This document shows, piece after piece, positions 9,373 to 18,795 of a stretch of DNA of 59,537 nt. Each line of letters starts with the position of its first letter. The first letter of the stretch is position 1. The notes beneath the pieces are model-generated. The model worked only from the letters and a program-made list of their open reading frames with translations. It did not search any database and was not told the origin of the DNA. Source of the stretch: a virus (lineage: Duplodnaviria; Caudoviricetes); IMG/VR virus record IMGVR_UViG_3300043640_000359, positions 1-59,537 of that record. One strand, given 5' to 3'. A program made the position numbers and the translations under genes.

Positions 9373-9607
9373 GCCGGTCCCCGCCGCTGTAAAAGCGGTG
9401 GAGCTCGACGATATTGCCGCACTGCACCGAAAGATCACGACCGCGCGCCAGGTGGTAGGAGATGCCAAGGCCCACCTCACCGACGCGCAGACCACCCTCC
9501 GTACCGCAGAGAGCGCACACTACCGCGCCGAGAACGACGTGGAGTTCCTCTGCGACGAAATGAAAAAGCTACTGGCTCGGTATTCCGCCGAGCACCTGGG
9601 AGAGTAA
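9350..9607 (+). CDS. Coiled-coil hypothetical protein
   Basis: GGAG RBS; heptad-like helix. Confidence 0.55.
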   Translation: MAWSEPSEPVPAAVKAVELDDIAALHRKITTARQVVGDAKAHLTDAQTTLRTAESAHYRAENDVEFLCDEMKKLLARYSAEHLGE

Positions 9608-9994
9608 ATGCATCCTGCACAGCCTCGGAAACTCCACAAGCGGTGGTCGCCCAGCCGGTATCGTCGCCGGCTCAAACGACAGGACCTCCGCGCGCCGGCT
9701 CGCTCGCGATGGGAAGCCGATGAACTCCTCCGCGCCACCGAACGCACGAAGACCTCCTGGCGCGAGAAGATCCTCGCCGCAGCGAAGTCGGTGCGTGAGA
9801 GCGGCGTCAAGATGTTGGTGGCGCTCACCTCACGCAAGGACCGCGCCGTGTCCGCACCCAAGGCCACCTGCCCGCGCTGCACCGGCCGGCTGCGTTCGGC
9901 ATCCTACGAGATCCCCACGTGGAGCTGCGACAGTTGCGGCCGCATGTGGCGGTTGTTCAACGGGGAGCTGGGACGCTTCGAGCCATGGCGCTAA
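9608..9994 (+). CDS. Basic Zn-ribbon protein
   Basis: CPRC...CDSC. Confidence 0.6.
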   Translation: MHPAQPRKLHKRWSPSRYRRRLKRQDLRAPARSRWEADELLRATERTKTSWREKILAAAKSVRESGVKMLVALTSRKDRAVSAPKATCPRCTGRLRSASYEIPTWSCDSCGRMWRLFNGELGRFEPWR

Positions 9995-10317
9995 CCCCCG
10001 AAGAAGCCGCGGTGCAACTGCAGCATCTAGCACTCGATCACCACGACGAGGTGGATGTCGTCAGTCGCCGTCTCCCGCGGCTCATCGACACCGAGACGCC
10101 GGATGTGGTCGCCGAGGCTCGGCACGACATGCAGGAGAACGCACAGGACGCGTTGGCCTGCGAGATGGGCAGTGGCGCGTTGATGGCCGCGCTCGACTAC
10201 GCGGCCAAGATTCGATTCCTCCTCGACACCTACACACTATGGGGCGAGGACGGACACTTCACCTTCGCAGACGGAGACACATGGGAACGCTCGCCGCCGA
10301 AGACCTCCTCCGTCTGA
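9985..10317 (+). CDS. Hypothetical protein
   Basis: GC3 bias; overlaps neighbours. Confidence 0.55.
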   Translation: MALTPEEAAVQLQHLALDHHDEVDVVSRRLPRLIDTETPDVVAEARHDMQENAQDALACEMGSGALMAALDYAAKIRFLLDTYTLWGEDGHFTFADGDTWERSPPKTSSV

Positions 10318-10649
10318 GGACGGCGTTCCCCGCGCCACTGCCGTGGGATCATCTCCGCGGCCGGTACGAACTGTACATCGTCCACCACCCGAGCAACGCG
10401 CTGTTGGCTCCGGTGGTGGGCGCTGACGGGATCACCCCGTTGGTGCTGTTGGAACAGGATGCGCACTACAGTGTCCACCGCCAATCGACCCGACGACACT
10501 ACGTGTTCATCCGGGAGTGGTACATGCGGACCATCCTGGACATCAACGAGCGGGTATGGGACGGCTCCAAGAGTCCACTGTGGCTCCGGGAGCTGTCCAC
10601 CGACGACATTGCCAGTATGATTGCGTGGAGGAGCGGACATGGAGTCTGA
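10281..10649 (+). CDS. Hypothetical protein
   Basis: GGAG RBS before ATG 10281. Confidence 0.55.
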   Translation: MGTLAAEDLLRLRTAFPAPLPWDHLRGRYELYIVHHPSNALLAPVVGADGITPLVLLEQDAHYSVHRQSTRRHYVFIREWYMRTILDINERVWDGSKSPLWLRELSTDDIASMIAWRSGHGV

Positions 10650-10794
10650 GACGGATCGACTCGAACGGTATGCCTTTGAACTCTTCAAGCGGTTGTGGGC
10701 TACCAACGCACCGACCTCGTCCGCGCTCACGGTGAAGAAATGCATCGACGCCGCAAAGATCTTCATCACGATGATCGATGAGACCAAGCGATGA
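10639..10794 (+). CDS. Small hypothetical protein (51 aa, not in the ORF track)
   Basis: GGAGGAG RBS; MESETDRLERYAFELFKRLW...; ATGA overlap with next gene. Confidence 0.6.
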   Translation: MESETDRLERYAFELFKRLWATNAPTSSALTVKKCIDAAKIFITMIDETKR

Positions 10795-11096
10795 CCGGGA
10801 CGCTTTGGATCAACGGGCATCCGTACACCACGACGTACTTGAGTCCGTGGTGTACGGAACCGCGAGAGCTAGAGCTTGGCGCGTGGGATGTGATTGCCGA
10901 AGTCGCGCGCGTGCAACCCGGTTTCACCATCAAACGATTCAAGGGTCACACGGCCGGTAAAACGTTTCGTGTGATGTGGCTCGGAGAGACCGGGTTGCGT
11001 CACGGCACGGCACACCTCCGAATGGTGGAGCCGAAGGCAGACTTTCTCGTGGTCACCTTCGTGGGCACGGGACCGCTACGGAGTACACGTCAATGA
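10791..11096 (+). CDS. Hypothetical protein
   Basis: Coupled ORF, 101 aa. Confidence 0.5.
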   Translation: MTGTLWINGHPYTTTYLSPWCTEPRELELGAWDVIAEVARVQPGFTIKRFKGHTAGKTFRVMWLGETGLRHGTAHLRMVEPKADFLVVTFVGTGPLRSTRQ

Positions 11097-11269
11097 ACAA
11101 ACCAGTCCAAGTGGTGGACGAGTGCGATGTTTGCCGGCGACCGGTGGAACGTCCCTGGCCCAACCAAATATGCACACGGTGCAATCGTGCACTGTGCGGT
11201 AGTGATCACTGCGCACTGCGGCACGTCGAGCGCTGCGGCAATCGGAAACGTACCGATGGCGCTGAATAG
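11093..11269 (+). CDS. Small Zn-finger protein
   Basis: CDVC, CTRC and C..HC..H. Confidence 0.5.
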   Translation: MNKPVQVVDECDVCRRPVERPWPNQICTRCNRALCGSDHCALRHVERCGNRKRTDGAE

Positions 11270-11762
11270 CAAAGAGATGCGGGTCGCGCATCTGCAACGC
11301 GCGGCCAAACGCCGGCACCACAGATGCAAGCTGCATGGCAAACCGAATGTCTTGTGCTTGCACTGTGGACGCACCACGTGTCCGTGGTGTCTGCCGGCGT
11401 GTCGCTGGTGCGGACAGACGATCCTCCTCCCAGAGATCGCGCCGCGCTCGAACTTCACGGCCAACGGCACCATCACGCAGAAGCCGGCCGTGGATATGAA
11501 CAACCTCCCTCCGCACATCGCGGAGCTCTACACCACGTTCCTCAAACCACGTGGCGCGTTGCGCATCGAGCTTCATCCGGATAGCGGCGGATGGTTGGCC
11601 ATCTTCCCGTATCAGCTTCCACCCTACGTCAGCGCGGGATCTCTGCTCGACGCGTTGACACTCGATGCGCCGGCCGGCTGGGCACCTACCAGCTTCGGCG
11701 CGGGCCGACGGTTCGCACCAGATGATTGGTTTGTTAGTTTTCACTATGAGGTTGCCCCATGA
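11256..11762 (+). CDS. Cys-rich hypothetical protein
   Basis: Several CxxC motifs in the N-terminal half. Confidence 0.5.
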   Translation: MALNSKEMRVAHLQRAAKRRHHRCKLHGKPNVLCLHCGRTTCPWCLPACRWCGQTILLPEIAPRSNFTANGTITQKPAVDMNNLPPHIAELYTTFLKPRGALRIELHPDSGGWLAIFPYQLPPYVSAGSLLDALTLDAPAGWAPTSFGAGRRFAPDDWFVSFHYEVAP

Positions 11763-11856
11763 GATGGATTGTGATGGGCCTGATCATCGTGATCGTGGCT
11801 GCACTCGTGTCGGTCCTCGAGATGTCGCGGCGCAACGGCCGTGATCAGGATCCCTG

Positions 11857-12153
11857 GTGATGTTGCAGCTCAAGGAGTATCGTGTCCCGCTGCCCACCAC
11901 GAACGACAGCCGCACCATGTTGGACCTGCCGCTGCCGGCGAAGCTGATGGGCCTTACATGGGACGAACGCACGGGACTGTCCGTGTCGGCCTTCGTGAAC
12001 CCGGAGTTGCCCACCGAGAGTGTGCCACTCTACATCTGGACCTACGGTGAGGAGCTGCCCGTCGGCGCGGACACCATGCCGCTGGTCGGGTTCTTCACCA
12101 CCAACCAGGGACTCCGGTGCCTGGTGTTCGACGCCAGGGTGGTGTTTTCCTAG
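11857..12153 (+). CDS. Hypothetical protein, DUF7352-like
   Basis: KEYRVPL..LPLPAKLM..VNPE..TYGEELP pattern. Confidence 0.5.
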   Translation: MMLQLKEYRVPLPTTNDSRTMLDLPLPAKLMGLTWDERTGLSVSAFVNPELPTESVPLYIWTYGEELPVGADTMPLVGFFTTNQGLRCLVFDARVVFS

Positions 12154-12175
12154 GAATCACCACTGATAATTTCTG

Positions 12176-12220
12176 TTGCACACGGTGGTGATTTGAGCGA
12201 TAATAGTTTTCGTTGGCGGC
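12176..12220 (+). promoter_or_regulatory. Early promoter P2
   Basis: TTGCAC-17-GATAAT; CGGTGGTGATTTGAG spacer and TTTCGTTGGCGGC identical to P3. Confidence 0.75.
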
Positions 12221-12256
12221 ATTCAGCCGCGGCGAAACGAACGGAGCGGAACGACA

Positions 12257-12802
12257 ATGGCGATCACCAAGACGGTCTTCAGCAACCTCGAAATCGGAAC
12301 CAAGTTCACCCTGGCGGACGAGACCGTCGAGCATGTGAAGGTTGCAGAGACGCGCGGGTCCTACACGGACCTCAATGGCAAGCCGGCAACGGCGCACATC
12401 AAAAAGACCGCCGTGGTGAGCGTGTTCCGGCCCGACCCGACACCCGAGGAGCTTGCCGCGCAACAGGACCGCTGGGTGCGGCGCTTCTTCAAGAGCGAGA
12501 TCGAGAGCACGCTTGAGATCATCCAGAAGTTCAAGGACAATCTGGAGCAGAACCCGGCCTACGCCTTCGAGTGGTGCGACCTCGCCGCGGAAGCTGCGGC
12601 CAAGATGGACACCTACGTTCGCTTGCAGTCGCTCTACGAGGACCAGGGTCTGGACGTCACCTACAACGAGGCGATGAAGATGGCGTTGCAGAACGCCAAG
12701 TATCCCTCGCGCTCCACCAGCGTGATGACCAACTACGCCAAGGAGTGCAAGACCGCCGCGTTCGCGGAGTTCGCGGAGAAGTTCGCGCCGCGCAACCGCT
12801 AA
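12257..12802 (+). CDS. Hypothetical early protein
   Basis: 181 aa, strong codon bias, ACGGA leader. Confidence 0.8.
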   Translation: MAITKTVFSNLEIGTKFTLADETVEHVKVAETRGSYTDLNGKPATAHIKKTAVVSVFRPDPTPEELAAQQDRWVRRFFKSEIESTLEIIQKFKDNLEQNPAYAFEWCDLAAEAAAKMDTYVRLQSLYEDQGLDVTYNEAMKMALQNAKYPSRSTSVMTNYAKECKTAAFAEFAEKFAPRNR

Positions 12803-12876
12803 TTCTCTACCCCGGCCGGGTTGCCTCTGGACCCGGCCACGCTTCTCAACGGAACGGAACGACCGGAGCGACCGCC

Positions 12877-13689
12877 ATGATCCCCGACGAGACCAACAAA
12901 GACGCCGCACGACAGAAGGTGATCGACCGCTTGGCGAAACTGAAGCGCCATGCCGAGAGCGCCGAGAAGATTGGCAGCGAAGCGGAGGCACAAGCCTTCG
13001 CGGCCATGGTCCAACAGTTGCTGCTGAAGCACAACCTGGACATGACCGATCTCGAATACGAGGCCACGGTCGACGCCGAGCCGGTGGGTGTCCACTACAT
13101 CAACTACGCCAAGCATCCGCGCGTGAAGATCCGCCACACCCGCGTGCTGTGGATCGAACAGCTGGCCGGCGTCATCGCGCGTGCCCATCACTGCAGGATA
13201 CTGACGCATAGCGGCACGTCGCGGGTATCGTTGATCGGGCGGAAAAGCAACTGCGAGATCGCCGAGTATATGTTCGTGGTGATGCAACGCCAGATGGAAC
13301 GCATCAGCCACGCCGCGTGGTGGGCCGCACATCGCGAGCGACTCAAGAACGGCCTGACCAACGAAGACGCCCGCGCCGAGCTACTCGGCTTCCGCTCCGC
13401 CTTCCTCTCCGGCTTCATCGCGCGCTTGGAAGAGCGCTACAACGAAGAGCGCCGCACTACCGAGCAGAGCTACAGCAGCGGATGGGCGCTGATGCGGCTG
13501 GACATGAAGCCGGTGGACGACTTCATCGAGGCGCAGCATAAGAGCAAGAACTTCGGTACGGCCGGTCGCCTGACCCGCCGCGTGTCGACACACGCCGAAG
13601 GCCATCGTGCCGGCCGCAACGCGGCGGACGACGCCATCCTCAAAGCCAAGGCCATGAAAGACGGAGGTGCCAAAAAGCTCACCGAATAG
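12877..13689 (+). CDS. DUF2786-domain protein
   Basis: KVIDRLAKL..AES..EAEAQAF..QQLLLKHNL N-terminal motif. Confidence 0.75.
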   Translation: MIPDETNKDAARQKVIDRLAKLKRHAESAEKIGSEAEAQAFAAMVQQLLLKHNLDMTDLEYEATVDAEPVGVHYINYAKHPRVKIRHTRVLWIEQLAGVIARAHHCRILTHSGTSRVSLIGRKSNCEIAEYMFVVMQRQMERISHAAWWAAHRERLKNGLTNEDARAELLGFRSAFLSGFIARLEERYNEERRTTEQSYSSGWALMRLDMKPVDDFIEAQHKSKNFGTAGRLTRRVSTHAEGHRAGRNAADDAILKAKAMKDGGAKKLTE

Positions 13690-13705
13690 GGTGGTAAAAT
13701 ACATG

Positions 13706-13751
13706 TTGACACCCGGTGGTGATTTGAGAGACAATGAGTTTCGTTGGCGGC
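13706..13751 (+). promoter_or_regulatory. Early promoter P3
   Basis: TTGACA-18-GACAAT; near-duplicate of P2. Confidence 0.8.
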
Positions 13752-13790
13752 GATGAGGGCGACGACACACAGAACGGAACGGAGACGAAC

Positions 13791-14066
13791 ATGTTGGCAC
13801 TCACACTCAAGATCAACGGCATCGACCACAACGGCTTCACCGGCCGCACCTTGCATCCCACCGACGACATGATCGGCCAGGACGCTCAGGTGATGAAGAT
13901 GGAGCAGTTCTGCGAGAGCGGCGAACCAATGCAGCCGGCCAACGACAGTCAGAACCACGGCATGTATCCCTACACCGTGTTTCTCGCGCAACTGTCCGAC
14001 GGCCGCTTGGTGGAGCTGATCGATACCGAGATCGAAGTCGTCGTGTGCCAGGAGCAGGTGTACTAG
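13791..14066 (+). CDS. Hypothetical early protein
   Basis: ACGGA leader before ATG 13791. Confidence 0.7.
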   Translation: MLALTLKINGIDHNGFTGRTLHPTDDMIGQDAQVMKMEQFCESGEPMQPANDSQNHGMYPYTVFLAQLSDGRLVELIDTEIEVVVCQEQVY

Positions 14067-14068
14067 TC

Positions 14069-14281
14069 ATGGCACGCGCCGGGGTCCAGAGCGGAGAGAC
14101 GGAGGTCGTGGTCGTGGACTACGCCTCCCTCCGGTGCCCACAGTGCCGCACGCCGTTGCAGGTGCTGCGCAATGTGGAGGTCGAGTTGCCGGCGGAGCGG
14201 TATAGCTGGGAGCACGAGAGCCGCCGCTTCCGCACCCGCAGCACGGTGTTGGTGTGCCCGAGTTGCGAACACGCGGAGTAG
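14069..14281 (+). CDS. Zn-ribbon protein
   Basis: CPQC...CPSC. Confidence 0.6.
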   Translation: MARAGVQSGETEVVVVDYASLRCPQCRTPLQVLRNVEVELPAERYSWEHESRRFRTRSTVLVCPSCEHAE

Positions 14282-14293
14282 GGAGGACAACCA

Positions 14294-14512
14294 GTGGATG
14301 AACTCGAAGCGGTGAAGCTTGTGGGTCGGTTGATTCGTGCAACGAGCGAGAGCACGAAGGCCGTCAACGGTATGCGACGCGGCGAGAAGAGTTGCGCCAA
14401 GGAGGAATTTGCGGCAGCGAAGGCAGTGCTGCGAGAGCTGATCGGTGCTAACCGGAAGTGGAAGCCCGACACTGGTTTGGATGCACTAACGCACGAAGCG
14501 TTGCGCGGCTAG
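14294..14512 (+). CDS. Hypothetical protein
   Basis: GGAGG RBS before GTG. Confidence 0.6.
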   Translation: MDELEAVKLVGRLIRATSESTKAVNGMRRGEKSCAKEEFAAAKAVLRELIGANRKWKPDTGLDALTHEALRG

Positions 14513-14522
14513 AACTTCGGTG

Positions 14523-14551
14523 TTGCCAAACGGAAGTGGTTGAGCGAAACT
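14523..14551 (+). promoter_or_regulatory. Early promoter P4
   Basis: TTGCCA-17-GAAACT, with CGG and TTGAG in the spacer like P1-P3. Confidence 0.55.
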
Positions 14552-14587
14552 AAGCGTCCCGATAGGACGAACGGAGCGAACGGAACG

Positions 14588-14764
14588 ATGGCGACCAAGC
14601 GGAGAACCTTCACATGTCCCGAGTGCGGCCAGAGCTACGACAGCAGAGCGCCGCGCGTGCAGTGCAAGAGCGCGCAACACGAGGACCGCGTCGTGCCGTG
14701 CAACCTGAAGTCGCTGCAACCGCTGCGCGACCGCGTGGCACCGTTGCCACCCACTCGGGTCTAA
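14588..14764 (+). CDS. Small Zn-finger protein
   Basis: CPEC..C..H..C; ACGGA leader. Confidence 0.6.
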   Translation: MATKRRTFTCPECGQSYDSRAPRVQCKSAQHEDRVVPCNLKSLQPLRDRVAPLPPTRV

Positions 14765-15147
14765 CGCTTCGGCTGCATCCGTTTCCGTTCCGCGGCGTGC
14801 TCCGACTCTACCCGAGTCCCGTGCACCCCGGCACCCTGGTGATGTGTGTGACGCGGATCACCTGCTCGAGCAACGGCGGCATGCACACCGCGCACGAGAG
14901 TCACACGGCGGTGGCGCGGCAAGACTGGGAGGCAATGAAACGGTTGGGCTGCGTGTGGTGGAATCGCCAGACGCAGCGATGGGAACGCGAATGGCCGCTG
15001 GCCTTGTGGGGATACGACGTGGCGCAGTATCGCGCCGCGCAAGATGGGCACCTCCCGTGGCGAGAGATCGCACCCCACCCAACGGCCGCAACGATTTGTG
15101 TCGAGGAGTTTTACCAAGCTGCCGGCGCGCGTGGCGTAGCGCCTCAG

Positions 15148-15228
15148 TCGCGGAAACAAACGGGAGCCGATCGAGTAGGCTCCGAGTGGGAACGGACCGC
15201 ACCATCGAACCCGGCTCCCGTTCCGCGA
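15148..15228 (+). ncRNA. Putative structured RNA element / 5' leader
   Basis: TCGCGGA/TCCGCGA and ACGGGAGCCG/CGGCTCCCGT stems enclosing a TCCG/CGGA hairpin. Confidence 0.45.
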
Positions 15229-15264
15229 ACAACCAACACGGCCACTTCAAGAGGAGAAGGCACC

Positions 15265-15735
15265 ATGGTCACGAAGAAGAAAGCGAAGTCCCCGAAGAGC
15301 GCCGCGCGTGCGGCGAAGAAGGCCGCGAAGAAGACGGCAACCGCCACCACGGCCGCAGCCGGCGGACGCAACTGGAACCAGAGCTACAAGTATCTGAAGT
15401 CGCCGGGCGACACGGGTGCCGAGACCAGCAACCGCTACGCCGTGTTCACGGCCATCAAGGAGCTCCGCTCGGGCACTGCCGACGAGATCGCCAAGGCCGC
15501 GGTGAAGGCCGGCCTGGAGACCACGCAGGACGCCCGGTCGCAGACCATGATCTTCCTGCGGCAGTTTGCGGCCGAAGGGTCGGTCGAGGTCGTGCGGTCC
15601 ACCAAGGCCAAGGCCGAGGCCACGCCGGCCGTCGAGAAGGCTCCCAAAGCGACGACCGCCAAGCCGCGTGTCCGCCTGAGGGTCGCCAAGAAGAAGACCA
15701 AGGCGGACCAGGCAGAGGCTCCGGCGACGACCTAG
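15265..15735 (+). CDS. Histone H1-like Lys/Ala-rich DNA-binding protein with central wHTH-like core
   Basis: GAGGAG RBS; AAKKAAKK and KKKTK tails around a helical core. Confidence 0.7.
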   Translation: MVTKKKAKSPKSAARAAKKAAKKTATATTAAAGGRNWNQSYKYLKSPGDTGAETSNRYAVFTAIKELRSGTADEIAKAAVKAGLETTQDARSQTMIFLRQFAAEGSVEVVRSTKAKAEATPAVEKAPKATTAKPRVRLRVAKKKTKADQAEAPATT

Positions 15736-15798
15736 GCTGGACAGCTCCGGGAACCCTCCTGGGCTAGCAAGCAACCGGAACGGAACGGAGCGATCGGG

Positions 15799-16041
15799 AT
15801 GGTGCTACTACGTCGTCGCAAGAAGAAGGTGAAGTCGACCGGGGACGCGACCCCGCAACGCCGGTCGATTCTCACCATGACCTTTCGCTACTCCACAGAC
15901 GCGCGCATCGGGTTGGGAGCGGAGCTCGGCAAAGAGCCGGGTGAGTATGTGTGGGAGCCGGTCATGGCCGACCACATTCGTACAATCGTCAACGCAGAAG
16001 TGACGCGCCTGGAAGCGCGCGCACGAAAGGTGAAGCGATGA
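15799..16041 (+). CDS. Small basic protein
   Basis: ACGGA leader; 80 aa. Confidence 0.6.
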   Translation: MVLLRRRKKKVKSTGDATPQRRSILTMTFRYSTDARIGLGAELGKEPGEYVWEPVMADHIRTIVNAEVTRLEARARKVKR

Positions 16042-16283
16042 GACTCCTCCTACACATGTGTGTCGTCGTGCTGTGGACCGCGGCGGCGATCGGTCTCGCG
16101 TTTCAGGTTGCGGTGAACTGGCCCACACGGCCGGTGATGTCGCTGATCTGCGCGATCGGATTTCTCGCGGTGATCTCGCAACTGCGGATCACGGCGGATC
16201 GAGTGCCGATGGGTTGGGAGCAACGGCTCCCTCTCGACAGTGAACGGAAGTGGATGTTCGTGCAACGCGATCGGAGCCTGTGA
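16038..16283 (+). CDS. Small membrane protein
   Basis: Two hydrophobic helices. Confidence 0.55.
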   Translation: MRLLLHMCVVVLWTAAAIGLAFQVAVNWPTRPVMSLICAIGFLAVISQLRITADRVPMGWEQRLPLDSERKWMFVQRDRSL

Positions 16284-16510
16284 TGAGCGACCTGCAGAGA
16301 ATGAACGGTGTCGTGCGCACCGTGGTATCGGACCGCGGCTTTTTCTTCATCCGCGCCGAGAACGGGGTGGACTACTTCGCGCACATGGAAGACCTGGTCG
16401 ACGCCGGCAACGTGCGCGTGGAGATCAACACACGTCTCTCGTTCACCGCCACGCAGACCGGTAAGGGTCCGCGCGCACGACAGGTGGAAGCGTTTTCGGC
16501 CGCGGAGTAG
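16283..16510 (+). CDS. Cold-shock-domain protein
   Basis: RNP1 RGFFFI, RNP2 DYFAH and KGPRA. Confidence 0.85.
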   Translation: MSDLQRMNGVVRTVVSDRGFFFIRAENGVDYFAHMEDLVDAGNVRVEINTRLSFTATQTGKGPRARQVEAFSAAE

Positions 16511-16512
16511 CC

Positions 16513-17880
16513 ATGCGCACTCTCTACCCGCACCAGCAAGAAGCGCTTGCCTACGCCGGCTCCCGCTCGGCCATCGCGCTCTACATGCAGATGCGCTTGG
16601 GCAAGAGCACCGTCGCCATGCGATGGCTCAAGGGGATTGGCGCGAGTCGTGTGCTACTGGTGGCACCGGGACCCACACACTACGACTGGGCCGACGAAGC
16701 CGCGCGGGAGGCGTGGGGCGTGCTGTCGCTTACCGAGTTGAAGAAGGAACAGCGCGTTCCGGCGATTGTGGCACAGCGGCGCGACGATGACATTCTCTTC
16801 ACCATCCATTACGAAGGTCTCCGTGTGCATCCCCAGTTACTGAACCTGGACTGGGACGCTATCGTCCTCGACGAGAGCACACGCATTCGCAACCCGAAGG
16901 CCGCGATCACGAAGCTGCTCATCCGCAAATCCGCGCACATCCCCAACCGCGCGCTGCTCAGCGGTGAGCCGGCACCCGAAGGCCCGTTGGACTACTTCGC
17001 GCAGTCCTGTTTCCTGGTCGGGCACTTCATGGGCTACGATAACTTCTGGGCGTTCCGCCAGAAGAAGATGCATCAAACCTTTGCCGCATGGGCGTGGTCG
17101 CCGAACAAAGGCGTCAACGACGAGATCCGCACCTTCATGCACGACATGGCGTTCTTCAAGACGCGCAAGCAAGCCGGCCTGGCGAGCAAGACCGTGAAGC
17201 AACGCCGTATGATCGAGCTCGATCCCGTGCAGAAACGCTACCTGCGCGAGCTGAAGAAGGATCTCGAGATTCAAGACCTCGACGTGTCCACCAAGTTCAC
17301 CGTCGCCACACAGGCGTGGATGCAGAAGATTGCCGGTGGCTTCGCGCCAGACGCGGCCGGCACTTTGATTTCGAATGCCAAGACGGACGAGCTGATCCGA
17401 CTCCTGCAGGGAGAACTGAAACGTGAGAAGGTCGTGGTGTGGTTCAACTACAACCATGAACTGAAGCACGTGTTCTACGAGCTGCGCAAGAAGGGCATCA
17501 CATGCACACGCCTGAGCGGCCAGACACCGCGCGCCAAGCGTCGCGGCCGGATCGAAAAGTTTCGCGGGACGAACTACCAAGTTATCTTGGTGCAGTTGCG
17601 GCTGGGTTTGTTTGGCTTGGACCTCTCAGTGGCGGATACGGCCGTCTACTACTCGAACTCCTACGAATACGAGGTGCGCTCGCAGAGCATCGAGCGTATC
17701 GAGCACATGCGGAAGATCAAAGCCGGCGTAACCACGCTAGTGATTGACCTCGTGACCAAGGGCACCACCGACGAAGATGTCGTGGCCGCGCTCAACGACA
17801 AACAGATGACGGCCAAGAAGTTCAAGCAGCGGCTCGCCATCCGCACTATGGAACGCATTCGTCCGGGACGTGCCGCATGA
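16513..17880 (+). CDS. SNF2-family helicase
   Basis: LYPHQ, LGKST, VLDES, SGEP and GLDL motifs. Confidence 0.85.
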   Translation: MRTLYPHQQEALAYAGSRSAIALYMQMRLGKSTVAMRWLKGIGASRVLLVAPGPTHYDWADEAAREAWGVLSLTELKKEQRVPAIVAQRRDDDILFTIHYEGLRVHPQLLNLDWDAIVLDESTRIRNPKAAITKLLIRKSAHIPNRALLSGEPAPEGPLDYFAQSCFLVGHFMGYDNFWAFRQKKMHQTFAAWAWSPNKGVNDEIRTFMHDMAFFKTRKQAGLASKTVKQRRMIELDPVQKRYLRELKKDLEIQDLDVSTKFTVATQAWMQKIAGGFAPDAAGTLISNAKTDELIRLLQGELKREKVVVWFNYNHELKHVFYELRKKGITCTRLSGQTPRAKRRGRIEKFRGTNYQVILVQLRLGLFGLDLSVADTAVYYSNSYEYEVRSQSIERIEHMRKIKAGVTTLVIDLVTKGTTDEDVVAALNDKQMTAKKFKQRLAIRTMERIRPGRAA

Positions 17881-18131
17881 CCATCACCGTGAGAGAGCAA
17901 GTGTTCGAGTTCATCGAGACGCATCCGTTCCTGACGGCGTGGAAGATCTCGTCCGCGCTCGGACTGAAGTCCAGCACCGTGTCGTCGGTGTTGCGGAAGG
18001 AGTGGGAGCGTGGTCGCATCGAGCGGTGCCTGGTGGACTCGCCTGGTGTCCCGATCCGCGGCTCGCTGACACCGGTCGAGAAGAGCTCCGGCGCGATGTA
18101 CTACTTCCCCGCGCAAGCGCCATGGCGGTGA
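17877..18131 (+). CDS. Winged-HTH protein
   Basis: LTAWKISSALGLKSSTVSSVLRK. Confidence 0.65.
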   Translation: MTITVREQVFEFIETHPFLTAWKISSALGLKSSTVSSVLRKEWERGRIERCLVDSPGVPIRGSLTPVEKSSGAMYYFPAQAPWR

Positions 18132-18225
18132 GGCGCAAGCGTCCGCGGCCGGTCGTCATTCCGCCGTCGCGGTTTCGCTGCCAGTGTGTGGGCTGTCGCA
18201 ACTTGGTTCCGTTCGAGAGGTTCAC

Positions 18226-18795
18226 GTGCCACGAGTGCTTCCTGTTTTGCCGGCCACCACAACGCGTCTCCGACGGACACCGAAGGTTTCGGCTCAACGC
18301 TACCTGGGGATCGACCCCGGCCTTACAGGCACAGGCATCGCCTCGATCGAAATCACCGGGGACGGTGTTGAGATTCTCGACGCGCGTGTCTACGTCCCCA
18401 AGCGTAAATACGAGTGGACCGGCCGCGCGATCCTCGTCGCCAGAGAGGTAGCCGAGGCGTGGCGGGACATGGGCCGCAACTACACCGGTGCCATGTGGTG
18501 CGCGGTGGAGATGACGGAGTTCTTTGCTGCGGCACATCGCGCCATGGGATGGAAGACGGGCGACCTCCAGCGGCTGACGTTCCTCTGCGGGTCGATCTAC
18601 ACGGCGCTGGCACAAGAAGATGGTGACGCCTTTACCACCATGGTGCGGACGTCGGAGTGGAAGGGCAACCTCTCGAAAGAGCAAACGATTCGCCGGCTCC
18701 AGCGCACACTCGGCCGCGCGCTGGAACCACACGACGTGCAAACGCATGCGTGGGATGCACTCGGCATCGCGATGTGGAAAGCCGGCCGGTTCTAA
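18226..18795 (+). CDS. RuvC-like Holliday junction resolvase
   Basis: LGIDPGLTGTG, VE and HAWDALGIA RNase H-fold motifs. Confidence 0.8.
   Translation: MPRVLPVLPATTTRLRRTPKVSAQRYLGIDPGLTGTGIASIEITGDGVEILDARVYVPKRKYEWTGRAILVAREVAEAWRDMGRNYTGAMWCAVEMTEFFAAAHRAMGWKTGDLQRLTFLCGSIYTALAQEDGDAFTTMVRTSEWKGNLSKEQTIRRLQRTLGRALEPHDVQTHAWDALGIAMWKAGRF

Noticed and set aside
18122-18451. Cys-rich ORF overlapping the RuvC-like gene
   Set aside because: CxxC motifs are suggestive, but most of it overlaps the resolvase out of frame; not enough support to call.
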